This document shows, one piece after another, positions 1-11,649 of a stretch of DNA of 64,000 bases (positions within the stretch are counted from its first letter, which is position 1; every line of letters begins with the position of its first letter). A model generated the notes under the pieces. The model was not told the DNA's origin. It searched no databases and worked only from the letters and a program-made list of their open reading frames with translations. Source of the stretch: Mobula hypostoma (taxonomy: Eukaryota); NCBI RefSeq assembly GCF_963921235.1, contig NC_086105.1, positions 95,480,001-95,544,000 of the forward strand. Direction: 5' to 3'. Position numbers and translations under genes: made by a program.

Positions 1-39
1 AACCTATAAACATAAAACAGACAGAAACACACTCAAACA

Positions 40-42
<3 letters not shown>

Positions 43-92
<50 letters not shown>
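43..92. repeat. (CA)n microsatellite
   Basis: Uninterrupted CA dinucleotide run. Confidence 0.97.
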
Positions 93-95
<3 letters not shown>

Positions 96-419
96 GCATG
101 CACTACACATACATGTACTCGAATGTCCCAAGACACACAATCAGACTTTAATCAGAAAACGTAAGAGCCAATGTACCAGCAGAGCTGACCAGAAGCTTTG
201 TGTGGACAGCAGGTTTCAAAAAGCATCTCAAAAGAAGGTTAGGAGAGAGTCCAGGAGCTTAGGGCTTGGCAATTGCCTGCGTGATAACCAAATTAGCGCA
301 AAGGAAAATGAAGATGATAAAGACCGCGGGGCTGGTTCCTGTGCTGTGCAGATTCTATGTTCAAAGAGGCTGGAACCAGAGGAACCGCAAATTCTGAAGT
401 TAAAGTCGCACACAGTCTG

Positions 420-2460
420 GTGTAGTGTGGCAGACTGACCTCTACCCTGCTGAGGCCAGGTGGCAACTCTCAGACATCTCCTCGTAACTACCCCAGGGGA
501 GGACCTCCTCGTACCTACCCCCAGGGGAGGACCTCCTCGTACCTACCCCCAGGGGAGGACCTCCTCGTACCTACCCGCAGGAGAGGACCTCCTCGTACCT
601 ACCCCAGGAGAGGACCTCCTCGTACCTACATCAGGAGAGGACCTCCTCGTACCTACCCCAGGGGAGGACCTCACTACAGAGCATCCAACTATTGTCTTCT
701 GCACCATTACCAACCTCATCGACTCTGGAGATCTCCTATCCACTGCCACTAACCTCAAAGTTCCCTTACTCCACACTGCTCGTTTCTACCCTACCCAAGA
801 TCACAAACCTGTATGCGTACGTCCATTGCTCCTACATGCACCTGCCCCAGTGAACTCATGCCCACGTAGCTCAACTTCAGTTTGTCCCCCTTTTGTTCAG
901 CCCCTTCCCACTTACACCCATGATACTTCACACGTTCTTGATCACTCTAAGTTCCCTGGCCCTGATGGCGTCATTTTTACAATGGCCATCCAGTCCCCAT
1001 ACACTCCTACTGGCCCATTTGATTTCTCTTTTGGCTTTTGGAACTTTCTCCAAACACAAGGTGAAGCCATGGACATCCACATGGGCTCCAGCTATACCTG
1101 CCTTTTCGTTGCTATGTGGGACAGTCCATATTCCAAGCCTACACTGCGAATGCTCTCCCACCTACTTCTAAGTTTCATCGACAACTTCATGCACCCATGC
1201 TGAGTTTGTCAGTTTCATCAACTTTGCCTCCAACTTTCAACCTGCCCTCAAATTTACTTGGTCTATCTTGGACATCTCTCTCCCCTTTCTTGATCTGTCT
1301 CTATCTCCATCTCTGGAGATATAAACCTACTGACTCTATACCTCTTCCCACCATCACTTGTAAAAATGCTATTCTCTTTTCTCAGTTCCTCCATGTCCAC
1401 TGCATCTGTTCCCAGGATGAGGCTTTCCATTCCAGATATGTCCTCCTCCTTCTAAGAATGGGTTTCCCTTCCTCTGCCATTGATGCTGCCCTCACCCAAG
1501 CCCCCCTCTATTTCATGGACATCTGTCCTCACACCACTCTCCCGCTACCATAACAGGAATAGAGTTGCTCTTGTCCTCACCACGAGCCTCCACATCCACT
1601 AGTTATTCTCCATATTGCCATCTTCAGTGGGATCCTACCACTGAATATATCTGCCCCTCCAGCCCACTCTGTGCTTTCTGCAGAGACTGCTCTGTCCATA
1701 ACTCCCTCGTCCACTCATCCCTCCCCACCGATCTCCCTCCAGGCACCTACCCCTCCAGGTAGGACCTGCTCAAAGCCTCCTCCCTCAGCACCATTCAGGG
1801 CCCCAAGCAGTCCTACCAGGTGAGGTGACTATTCACCTGCTGGGGGGTCACCTACTGTACCAGTGCTCCCAGTGCAGCCTCCTCAACATCGGTAAGATCT
1901 GATGTAGTTTGGGGGATCGCTTCATCAAGCAACTTCATTCTGTTGGCCTCAAAAGGCTGGTCTTCCTATTCCCCAGTTTGGCATGTTGGTCCGTGACTTC
2001 CTCTACAGTCACAGTGAGGCCACCCTCATGTTGGAGAAGCAACACTTCATATTCCATTTGGGTAGCCTCTAACCTGACAGCATGAACATTGATTCCTCTA
2101 ATGTCTGGTAATTTCTCTCCCCTCCCCCTCTCTCATTTTCCATCCCCCAATTTGGTTTCCCTCTCACCCTTTCTCTTCTCCCCAAGTGCCCATCACTTCC
2201 CTCTGGTGCCCCTCCTCCTCCCTTTTCTCCATTGGTCCACTCTCCTGTCCTATCAGATTCCTTCTTCTTCAGCTCTTTACCTCTTCGATCTATGACCTCC
2301 CAGCCTCTTCCTCCCCCCCCCCCGCAAAACCTGGTTTTGATTATCAGCTGTCAGCTTGTCCTCCTCCCCCTTCCTCCTTTCCAGTCCTGGTGAAGGGTCA
2401 GGGCCTGAAACATCGACTGTCTGACCTTCTGGCTTCTTCCTGCACTTTGTGCATGTTGCT
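420..2460 (+). mobile_element. Degenerate Penelope-like element (RT + GIY-YIG endonuclease remnants, 3' tail)
   Basis: Broken translations VVWQTDLY, AMDIHMGSSYTCLFV and AILFSQFLHVHCICSQDEAFHS; GIY-YIG-like YC..CSQCSLLNIG near 1850-1895; pyrimidine-rich tail with a hammerhead-like motif at about 2382-2420. Confidence 0.8.
476..672. repeat. 27-bp minisatellite (about 7 copies, CCTCCTCGTACCTACCCCAGGGGAGGA) expanded inside the Penelope-like element
   Basis: Direct tandem repeats; TPGEDLLVP repeats in the ORF track. Confidence 0.92.
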
Positions 2461-2691
2461 CTATTTCACTGTCAGTCAAATTTCTACAAAAAACAAGTTC
2501 TTCCCTTGCGTTCCCTCCTCCCCCAATGTCTCTCCCTTTCACACAAAACTGGACACACACAACTGAGGAAAGATCCACTTCTCCCCACACTCATAGTGGC
2601 CAGAATCCCGGTGTGCCTCACACCAGCAAGCTTCCCCAGGTCGGAAGCAAGAGAATATCTGCAAATGCTGGAAATGCTATGAGAGGCTTAC

Positions 2692-3072
2692 CCAAGTAGT
2701 GCAGGGTAAGTCCATGCTTGAAGCCGGACGCCGATGTTTGAAGAATGATGACACCTGGCCCTCGCCCTCGGATCACAAGCCTCCTGCCGGCCTCAGGGAC
2801 GCTCCACAAGAGACCACAGAATTCTCTTTCATTTTCTGTTGCTTCCAGTTTGATTTCCAAGTAGGCAGACTTGCAACTGGCTTCGGCCCAGGAGGTGGTC
2901 TGATGGGAGACAACGTCCAAGTGGATGGCGTCCGCATTCTTCAGGAGAATCCAGGAGCACCTGGCCCCGTTGATGGAGTCAGGCAAAGGCAGGAAGTACT
3001 GCAGAGTTCCATGGGTGCTGTAGGGCAAGAGAACGCCACTGCATTCCTGGTGGGTTGGACCAAGGAGAAGCC
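2692..3072 (-). CDS. Internal exon encoding a divergent CUB-like domain of an unidentified gene
   Basis: cctttag|GG acceptor and G|GTAAGC donor; 381 nt, phase 1-1, open. The translation ECSGVLL..HGTLQY..RCSWILL..IHLDV..SCKSAYLEI..EFCG..IILQTS..GLTLHY has the 4-Cys, C-x-W, YLEI and FCG pattern of CUB domains. Confidence 0.7.
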
Positions 3073-3449
3073 CTAAAGGATACAGACAGTGATTAAAGAA
3101 ACAACTGCACTCACTCACTGTTGGCATGCACATACACAGTCGAGTGAATTGTCTTGTGTACAATTACCATGAGGTACAGGTACAATGAGAACTTTGCTTA
3201 CAGCAACATCACAGGCGGGTGCAGTAGGTACAGAACACACAGTGTATAACTTATACATAAGAGACAATGAGAGGGAGAGAAAAAGACAGCACAAAAACAC
3301 GATTATCAGTGCAAAAACGGATGCAATAGAGCTAAGCGGTTGTCTGTAGCGTCCCATTGCTGATGTAGGATTAGGATTACGAGGGTAGTTCAAGAACCTA
3401 ATGGTTGTTGAAAGTACTGAACCTGTTCTACAGACAGCAAGAGATCCAA

Positions 3450-4140
3450 CACAGTTCTGTTGTATTCAGCCAGTACTGGGATGCACTGTCCTATAATACC
3501 ACAGGGAAACATGCTTAACCCACTGCTCTACTGATGACTATGTGGATAGACACAGCTCACATCCCATCTATAAATTCTCTGGTAACAGCACTGTTATCTC
3601 AGATGGCGATGTGGAGGCGTACGGAGGCAAAATGGATCGGCTAGTCAAGTGGTGTCACAACAAAACAGACTTACGTCCAATGTCAGCAAGACCAAGGAAC
3701 TGATGGTGGACTTCAGAAAGGAGTAGCCAGGAGAACAAACAACAACCCTTATCGAGGGGTCAGCGGTGGAAAGGGGGAGCAGTTTCAAGTTGCATCTCAG
3801 AGGATCGACCCTGGGCCCAACGTATCACGCCAGTGGGAGTTTGAGGAGATTTGCAATGTCACCAAAGACTCTAGCAAATTTCTACGGACGTTCAGTGGAG
3901 AGCATTGGAACGGGTTACATCACTGTCTGGTTTGGAGATGCCGATAGAAAGAATCAGAGCCTCCGCCATGGAGGTCATCTTCCAAAGCAGCATCCGCTCT
4001 CACCATCCGGGACACCCCTCTTCTCTTTACTGCAATCAGGGAGGATGTACAGGAACCGAAGACCCACACTCAACATTTTAGGGACAGCTTCTTCCCCTAC
4101 ACCACCAGATTTCTCAATGGTCCATGCATTCATGAACACT
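3450..4140 (+). mobile_element. Rex1/Babar-type LINE 3' fragment
   Basis: LRRFAMSPKTLANFYGRSVESIGTGYITVWFG and ..NVSKTKELMVDFRK-type motifs; frameshifted. Confidence 0.7.
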
Positions 4141-4275
4141 ACCTTGCTATTGCTCTTTAATTATTTTAATAATTCATTTAATTAATTATTTTATTGTAAT
4201 TTATAGTTTTTTTATGCCAGCACTGTAGAGCTGTCACAAAACAACACATTTCACAGTGTCAGCAAACCTGCTTTT

Positions 4276-7200
4276 GAACACAGTCAGTGCTGGCTCACAC
4301 CGTCCTGCTGTACACACAGTCAGTGCTATCTCACACGGTCCTGTTGTACACACAGTCAGTGCTATCTCACACGGTCCTGTTGTACACACAGTCAGTGCTA
4401 TTTCACACGATCCTGTTGTACACACAGTCAGTGCTATCTCACACGGTCCTGTTGTACACACAGTCAGTGCTATCTCACGCCGTCCTGTTGCACACACAGT
4501 ACTGGCTCACACGGTACTGTTGTACACACAGTCAGTGCTATCTCACACGGTCCTGTTGTGCACACAGTCAGTGCTATCTCACGCCATTCTGTTGTACACA
4601 CAGTCAGTGCTGGCTCACACCGTCCTGCTGTACACACGGTCAGTGCTATCTCACACGGTCCTGTTGTACACACAGTCAGTGCTATCTCAGACTGTCCTGT
4701 TGTACACACAGTCAGTGCTATCTCACACGGTCCTGTTGTACACACAGTCAGTGCTATCTCAGACTGTCCTGTTGTACACACAGTCAGTGCTATCTCACAC
4801 GGTCCTGTTGTACACACAGTCAGTGCTATCTCACACGGTCCTGTTGTACACACAGTCAGTGCTATCTCAGACTGTCCTGTTGTACACACAGTCAGTGCTA
4901 TCTCACACGATCCTGTTGTACACACAGTCAGTGCTATCTCACACGGTCCTGTTGTACACACAGTCAGTGCTATCTCACGCCGTCCTGTTGCACACACAGT
5001 ACTGGCTCACACGGTCCTGTTGTACACACAGTCAGTGCTATCTCACACGGTCCTGTTGTACACACAGTCAGTGCTAACTCACGCCATTCTGTTGTACACA
5101 CAGTACTGGCTCACACGGTCCTGTTGTACACACAGTCAGTGCTATCTCACACAGTCCTGTTGTACACACAATCAGTGCTATCTCAGACTGTCCTGTTGGA
5201 CACACAGTCAGTGCTATCTCACACGGTCCTGTTGTACACACAGTCAGTGCGATCTCACACGGTCCTGTTGTACACACAGTCATTGCAATCTCACGCCATC
5301 CTGTTGTACAACAGTCAGTGCAATCTCACGCCATCCTGTTGTACACACAGTCAGTGCTATCTCACGCCGTCCTGTTGTACACACTGTCAGTGCTATCTCA
5401 GACTGTCCTGTAGTACACACAGTCAGTGCTATCTCACGCCGTCCTGTTGTATACACAGTCAGTGCTATCCCAGACTGTCCTGTTGTACACACAGTCAGTG
5501 CGATTTCACACGGTCCTGTTGTACACACAGTCAGTGCTATCTCAGACTGTCCTGTTGTACACACAGTCAGTGCTATCTCACGCCGTCCTGTCGTACACCA
5601 GTCAGTGCTATCTCACGCCGTCCTGTCGTACACCAGTCAGTGCTATCTCACACGGTCCTGTTGTACACACAGTCAGTGCTATCTCACGCCATCCTGTGGT
5701 ACACACAGTCAGTGCTATCTCACACGGTCCTGTTGTACACACTGTCAGTGCTATCTCACACGGTCCTGTTCTACACACAGTCAGTGCTATCTCACACGGT
5801 CCTGTTGTAAACACAGTCAGTGCTATCTCAGAGTGTCCTGTTGTACACACAGTCAGTGCTATCTCACATGGTCCTGTTGTAAGCACAGTCAGTGCTATCT
5901 CACACGGTCCTGTTGTACACACAGTCAGTGCTATCTCACACGGTCCTGTTGTACACACAGTCAGTGCTATCTCAGACTGTCCTGTTGTACACACAGTCAG
6001 TGCTATCTCACACGATCCTGTTGTACACACAGTCAGTGCTATCTCACACGGTCCTGTTGTACACACAGTCAGTGCTATCTCACGCCGTCCTGTTGCACAC
6101 ACAGTACTGGCTCACACGGTCCTGTTGTACACACAGTCAGTGCTATCTCACACGGTCCTGTTGTGCACACAGTCAGTGCTATCTCACGCCATTCTGTTGT
6201 ACACACAGTCAGTGCTGGCTCACACCGTCCTGCTGTACACACAGTCAGTGCTATCTCACACGGTCCTGTTGCACACACAGTCAGTGCTATCTCACACGGT
6301 CCTGTTGTACACACAGGCAGTGCTATCTCACACGGTCCTGTTGTACACACAGTCAGTGCTATCTCACACGGTCCTGTTGTACACACAGTCAGTGCTATCT
6401 CAGACTGTCCTGTTGTACACACAGTCAGTGCTATCTCACACGGTCCTGTTGTACACACAGTCAGTGCTATCTCACACGGTCCTGTTGTACACACAGTCAG
6501 TGCTATCTCACGCCATCCTGTTGTACACACAGTCAGTGCTATCTCACACGATCCTGTTGTACACACTGTCAGTGCTATCTCACGCCGTTCTGTTGTACAC
6601 ACAGTCAGTGCTATCTCACACGGTCCTGTTGTACACACTGTCAGAGCTATCTCAGACTGTCCTGTTGTACACACAGTCAGTGCTATCTCACACGGTCCTG
6701 TTGTACACACAGTCAGCGCTATCTCATACTGTCCTGTTGTACACACAGTCAGCGCTATCTCACGCCGTCCTGTCGTACACCAGTCAGCGCTATCTCACAC
6801 GGTCCTGTTGCACACACAGTCAGTGCTATCTCACGCCGTCCTGTCGTACACACAGTCAGCGCTATCTCACACGGTCCTGTTGTACACACAGTCAGTGCTA
6901 TCTCACACGGTCCTGTTGTACACACTGTCAGTGCTATCTCACGCCGTTCTGTTGTACACATAGTCAGTGCTATCTCAGACTGTCCTGTTGTACACACAGT
7001 CAGTGCTATCTCACACGGTCCTGTTGTACACACGGTCAGTGCTATCTCACGCCATCCTGTTTAACATACAGTACTGGCTCACACGGTCCTGTTGTACACA
7101 CAGTCAGTGCTATCTCACACGGTCCTGTTGTACACACAGTCAGTGCTATCTCACACGGTCCTGTTGTACACACAGTCCGTGCTATCTCACACGGTCCTGT

Positions 7201-9555
7201 TGTACACACAGTCCGTGCTATCTCACACTGTCCTGTTGTACACACAGTCCGTGCTATCTCAGACTGTCCTGTCGTACACACAGTCAGTGCTATCTCACGC
7301 CGTCCTGTCGTACACACAGTCAGTGCTATCTCAGACTGTCCTGTTGTACACACAGTCAGTGCTATCTCAGACTGTCCTGTTGTACACACAGTCAGTGCTA
7401 TCTCAGACTGTCCTGTTGTACACACAGTCAGTGCTATCTCAGACTGTCCTGTTGTACACACAGTCAGTGCTATCTCAGACTGTCCTGTTGTACACACAGT
7501 CAGTGCTATCTCAGACTGTCCTGTTGTACACACAGTCAGTGCTATCTCAGACTGTCCTGTTGTACACACAGTCAGTGCTATCTCAGACTGTCCTGTTGTA
7601 CACACAGTCAGTGCTATCTCACACGGTCCTGTTGTACACACAGTCAGTGCTATCTCACACGGTCCTGTCGTACGCACAGTCAGTGCTATCTCACAAGGTC
7701 TTGTTGTACGCACAGTCAGTGCTATCTCACACGGTCTTGTTGTACGCACAGTCAGTGCTATCTCAGACTGTCCTGTTGTACGCACTGTCAGTGCTATCTC
7801 AGACTGTCCTGTTGTACACACAGTCAGTGCTATCTCAGACTGTCCTGTTGTACACACAGTCCGTGCTATCTCAGACTGTCCTGTCGTACACACAGTCCGT
7901 GCTATCTCAGACTGTCCTGTTGTACACACAGTCAGTGCTATCTCAGACTGTCCTGTCGTACACACAGTCCGTGCTATCTCAGACTGTCCTGTCGTACACA
8001 CAGTCCGTGCTATCTCAGACTGTCCTGTTGTACACACAGTCAGTGCTATCTCAGACTGTCCTGTCGTACACACAGTCCGTACTATCTCACACGGTCCTGT
8101 TGTACACACAGTCCGTGCTATCTCACACTGTCCTGTTGTACACACAGTCCGTGCTATCTCACACGGTCCTGTTGTACACACAGTCCGTGCTATCTCACAC
8201 TGTCCTGTTGTACACACAGTCCGTGCTATCTCAGACTGTCCTGTCGTACACACAGTCAGTGCTATCTCACGCCGTCCTGTCGTACACACAGTCAGTGCTA
8301 TCTCAGACTGTCCTGTTGTACACACAGTCAGTGCTATCTCAGACTGTCCTGTTGTACACACAGTCAGTGCTATCTCAGACTGTCCTGTTGTACACACAGT
8401 CAGTGCTATCTCAGACTGTCCTGTTGTACACACAGTCAGTGCTATCTCAGACTGTCCTGTTGTACACACAGTCAGTGCTATCTCAGACTGTCCTGTTGTA
8501 CACACAGTCAGTGCTATCTCAGACTGTCCTGTTGTACACACAGTCAGTGCTATCTCAGACTGTCCTGTTGTACACACAGTCAGTGCTATCTCAGACTGTC
8601 CTGTTGTACACACAGTCAGTGCTATCTCAGACTGTCCTGTTGTACACACAGTCAGTGCTATCTCACACGGTCCTGTTGTACACACAGTCAGTGCTATCTC
8701 ACACGGTCCTGTCGTACGCACAGTCAGTGCTATCTCACAAGGTCTTGTTGTACGCACAGTCAGTGCTATCTCACACGGTCTTGTTGTACGCACAGTCAGT
8801 GCTATCTCAGACTGTCCTGTTGTACGCACTGTCAGTGCTATCTCAGACTGTCCTGTTGTACACACAGTCAGTGCTATCTCAGACTGTCCTGTTGTACACA
8901 CAGTCCGTGCTATCTCAGACTGTCCTGTCGTACACACAGTCAGTGCTATCTCAGACTGTCCTGTCGTACACACAGTCAGTGCTATCTCAGACTGTCCTGT
9001 CGTACACACAGTCCGTGCTATCTCAGACTGTCCTGTTGTACACACAGTCCGTGCTATCTCAGACTGTCCTGTTGTACACACAGTCCGTGCTATCTCAGAC
9101 TGTCCTGTTGTACACACAGTCCGTGCTATCTCAGACTGTCCTGTTGTACACACAGTCCGTGCTATCTTAGACTGTCCTGTTGTACACACAGTCCGTGCTA
9201 TCTCAGACTGTCCTGTTGTACACACAGTCAGTGCTATCTCACACTGTCCTGTTGTACACACAGTCAGTGCTATCTCACACGGTCCTGTTGTACACACAGT
9301 CAGTGCTATCTCACACGGTCCTGTTGTACACACAGTCAGTGCTATCTCAGACTGTCCTGTTGTACACACAGTCCGTGCTCTCTCAGACTGTCCTGTTGTA
9401 CACACAGTCCGTGCTCTCTCAGACTGTCCTGTTGTACACACAGTCCGTGCTATCTCAGACTGTCCTGTTGTACACACAGTCCGTGCTATCTCAGACTGTC
9501 CTGTTGTACACACAGTCAGTGCTATCTCAGACTGTCCTGTTGTACACACAGTGCT
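4276..9555. repeat. 36-bp minisatellite array (about 145 copies; consensus CACACAGTCAGTGCTATCTCA[CACG/GACT]GTCCTGTTGTA)
   Basis: Tandem 36-bp units giving 12-aa periodic ORFs in several frames. Confidence 0.98.
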
Positions 9556-9708
9556 GGTCATGCTCTCTATCTCTCACACTGTGTCAGTGTCAAACGCTGA
9601 ACAGAGCAAAGTTTGGAAGATTTGTAATTGCGTGATTTGGATGAAGGGAAGAAAGGCGATGTTTGTATTAAAATTTAATACAGATGTAAACAACTATTTA
9701 GTTACATG

Positions 9709-9903
9709 CAACACCCACAAAGTGCTGGAGGAGCTCAGCAGGTCAGGCAGCATCTATGGAAGAGAATAAACAGTCGATATTTAACAAACGCCGACGTTGA
9801 ATAAACAAGACCTGAAGAAAGATCTCGGCCCGTAACGTTGACTATTCATTTCCATGGATGCTGCCTGACTTGCTGTGTTCCTCCAGCATTTTTTGTGTGT
9901 TGC
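9709..9903. mobile_element. Palindromic (tail-to-tail) Penelope-tail-derived non-autonomous element
   Basis: Arms tgctggaggagctcagcaggtcaggcagcatctatggaa and ttccatggatgctgcctgacttgctgtgttcctccagca are inverted repeats; relic hammerhead core inside. Confidence 0.7.
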
Positions 9904-9955
9904 TCTGAATTTCCGGCATCTCAGAATCTCTTGTGTTTATCATTTAATTATGTAC

Positions 9956-10204
9956 CTGGGTATAGCACCCAGATGCCATGACGTTTCTTTAATTTCTGTT
10001 CCTTCTGTCATCAAAGGCGCAGCTCGCAACTGAGCGCCACGGAATTCACACCCTGAAACGCGGGAGGTTTTGAGCGCCTCTCTCAGGCAAGGTGCCACGA
10101 ACTCGAAGAGCTCCAGATGGCCTGGTGTACTGCAGGCCGGGTCTGTCGTCCTGTGGTGTGTGAGTAGCATTTTGCAAGAGGTGGTCAACTCACAAATTAA
10201 ATAT
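9956..10204 (-). CDS. Candidate exon (249 nt, phase 2-2) with weak similarity to the second half of the CUB-like exon
   Basis: ccctctccgcctgcag| acceptor and CAG|GTACAT donor; one frame open throughout (..LTHHRTTDPACSTPGHLEL..GCEFRG). Confidence 0.3.
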
Positions 10205-11027
10205 CTGCAGGCGGAGAGGGAATGACAGACCAGCACAGTCGTACACAGCCACCGCTGGTACGCAGTGTCCTGCCGTACACAGAGTCTGTACTGAGACACA
10301 CTGTCCTGGAATACAATCAGAACTGCGACACTCTGCCCTCTTGTGCCACAGTCTGTGCTCGTTAATCTTTCACTTTATGCGCCAAGGAGAGGTAATTTCC
10401 AGACACGCAGCTGCATCAGATTATAAATGGCCACTGGCTCTTCAGAAAAGTACGTTAATTTTTTACTAAATCCTGCTTTGGCCCATAATTTTAAAAAAAA
10501 CGCGCGACAGTTTCCGCTATAAACAATCTCTCCCATTCCTTTATTTTGGACTGTACATTCCGTTTACCTGCATTAGCGAGAAGTAAGAGGCAATTGGTTC
10601 TGGCCCACATAATTCACCCAAGAGGAATGCGAGGAGTCCGCGGGGAAGATAGCGGCAACCGACCCGGGAGCTGCATTTATCGGAGTGCGAGAGAGGCAGG
10701 GCGCCCGGAGCATGGCTCGCTGATGCTGATGTCCCATCCCTTCTGGTTGGCTGGCGGTCAGAAAGGATATCCTTTTAGGATCCAGTCAGGGAAACGTGAC
10801 GGAGAACTGCGTGTGTGGATTAGGGTGAGGGTCAACCAGCAGAGACGGTACAAAAGGTCGGGAGGGACGGCGGTATCGAGCGTGGAGAAAACCCGAGGGT
10901 AGCTGGGGATACTGAGGGAACAGGGTGAGCGCAGGGACCAGGACAGTATCTAACAACACATCAGTTGCTGGCTTTCTGCCCATTTCCACTCTAGGTAGAT
11001 AACCACATATAACATTTACATTCACAG

Positions 11028-11308
11028 ATACGCGGCATCTTGTAGCGGAGTCACAGACATTGATAATTTTTAATATGGGTAGAGTACAGTACATGGTATC
11101 AGAAGATAAACCTGCGCCACTCCGCCACCATGTGGAGAAAACGTTTACTACAGTATATTTCCTCGTTTTCCGGTACATACCAGAGTGCTGTACCTGGATC
11201 CTGATCGGACCCAATGACTTCAGTTCCCAGTTACTTCTCGGGGCGATTGTGACTTCTCTCCGCCCTCCCCTGCCCGACGCAGAAGCCGTGTGTGTTACTA
11301 ATACATAA
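11028..11308 (+). pseudogene. Degenerate or truncated CUB-like paralog exon
   Basis: ttcacag|AT phase-1 acceptor. GRVQY / CTWILI / AEAVC correspond to GTLQY / CSWILL / AEASC of the exon at 2692-3072. Premature TAA at 11306-11308 with an overlapping AATAAA. Confidence 0.4.
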
Positions 11309-11649
11309 TAAATCCAACAGCGAATTCAGGGCAAATTTAATTTTGATTGCTTACAATCTATAGAGGTCATTACTAAAAGAGTTTGGGACAAATTCTATGC
11401 ATACAGTTGTAAACCAGGCAGAGATCGAGCTCGAAAATGGGGAAGAAAGACCGAGAAGAGATTGGAGAGCCGGGTATTTATTCTTTGGAGCGCAGGAGAC
11501 TGAGACACGAGTCCTGAAGAAGGGTCTCAACCTGATACGTCGACTATCTATTCATTTCCACAAATGCCGCCGAACACGCTGAGTTCCTCCAGGATTTTGT
11601 AGGTGTTGCTTTTGGACTTCCAGCATCTGCAGACTTTCTCGCGTTTATG

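Noticed and set aside
2699-3076. Plus-strand 125-aa ORF
   Set aside because: It is the antisense shadow of the minus-strand CUB-like exon, which has the proper splice sites.
4276-9555. CRISPR-like array (36-bp periodicity)
   Set aside because: The units are directly adjacent with no unique spacers, there are no cas genes, and the context is eukaryotic.
4256-9769. Very long ORFs (up to 1447 aa) in several frames
   Set aside because: They are a by-product of a stop-free 36-bp tandem unit. Indels shift frames freely, and there is no start or splice context.
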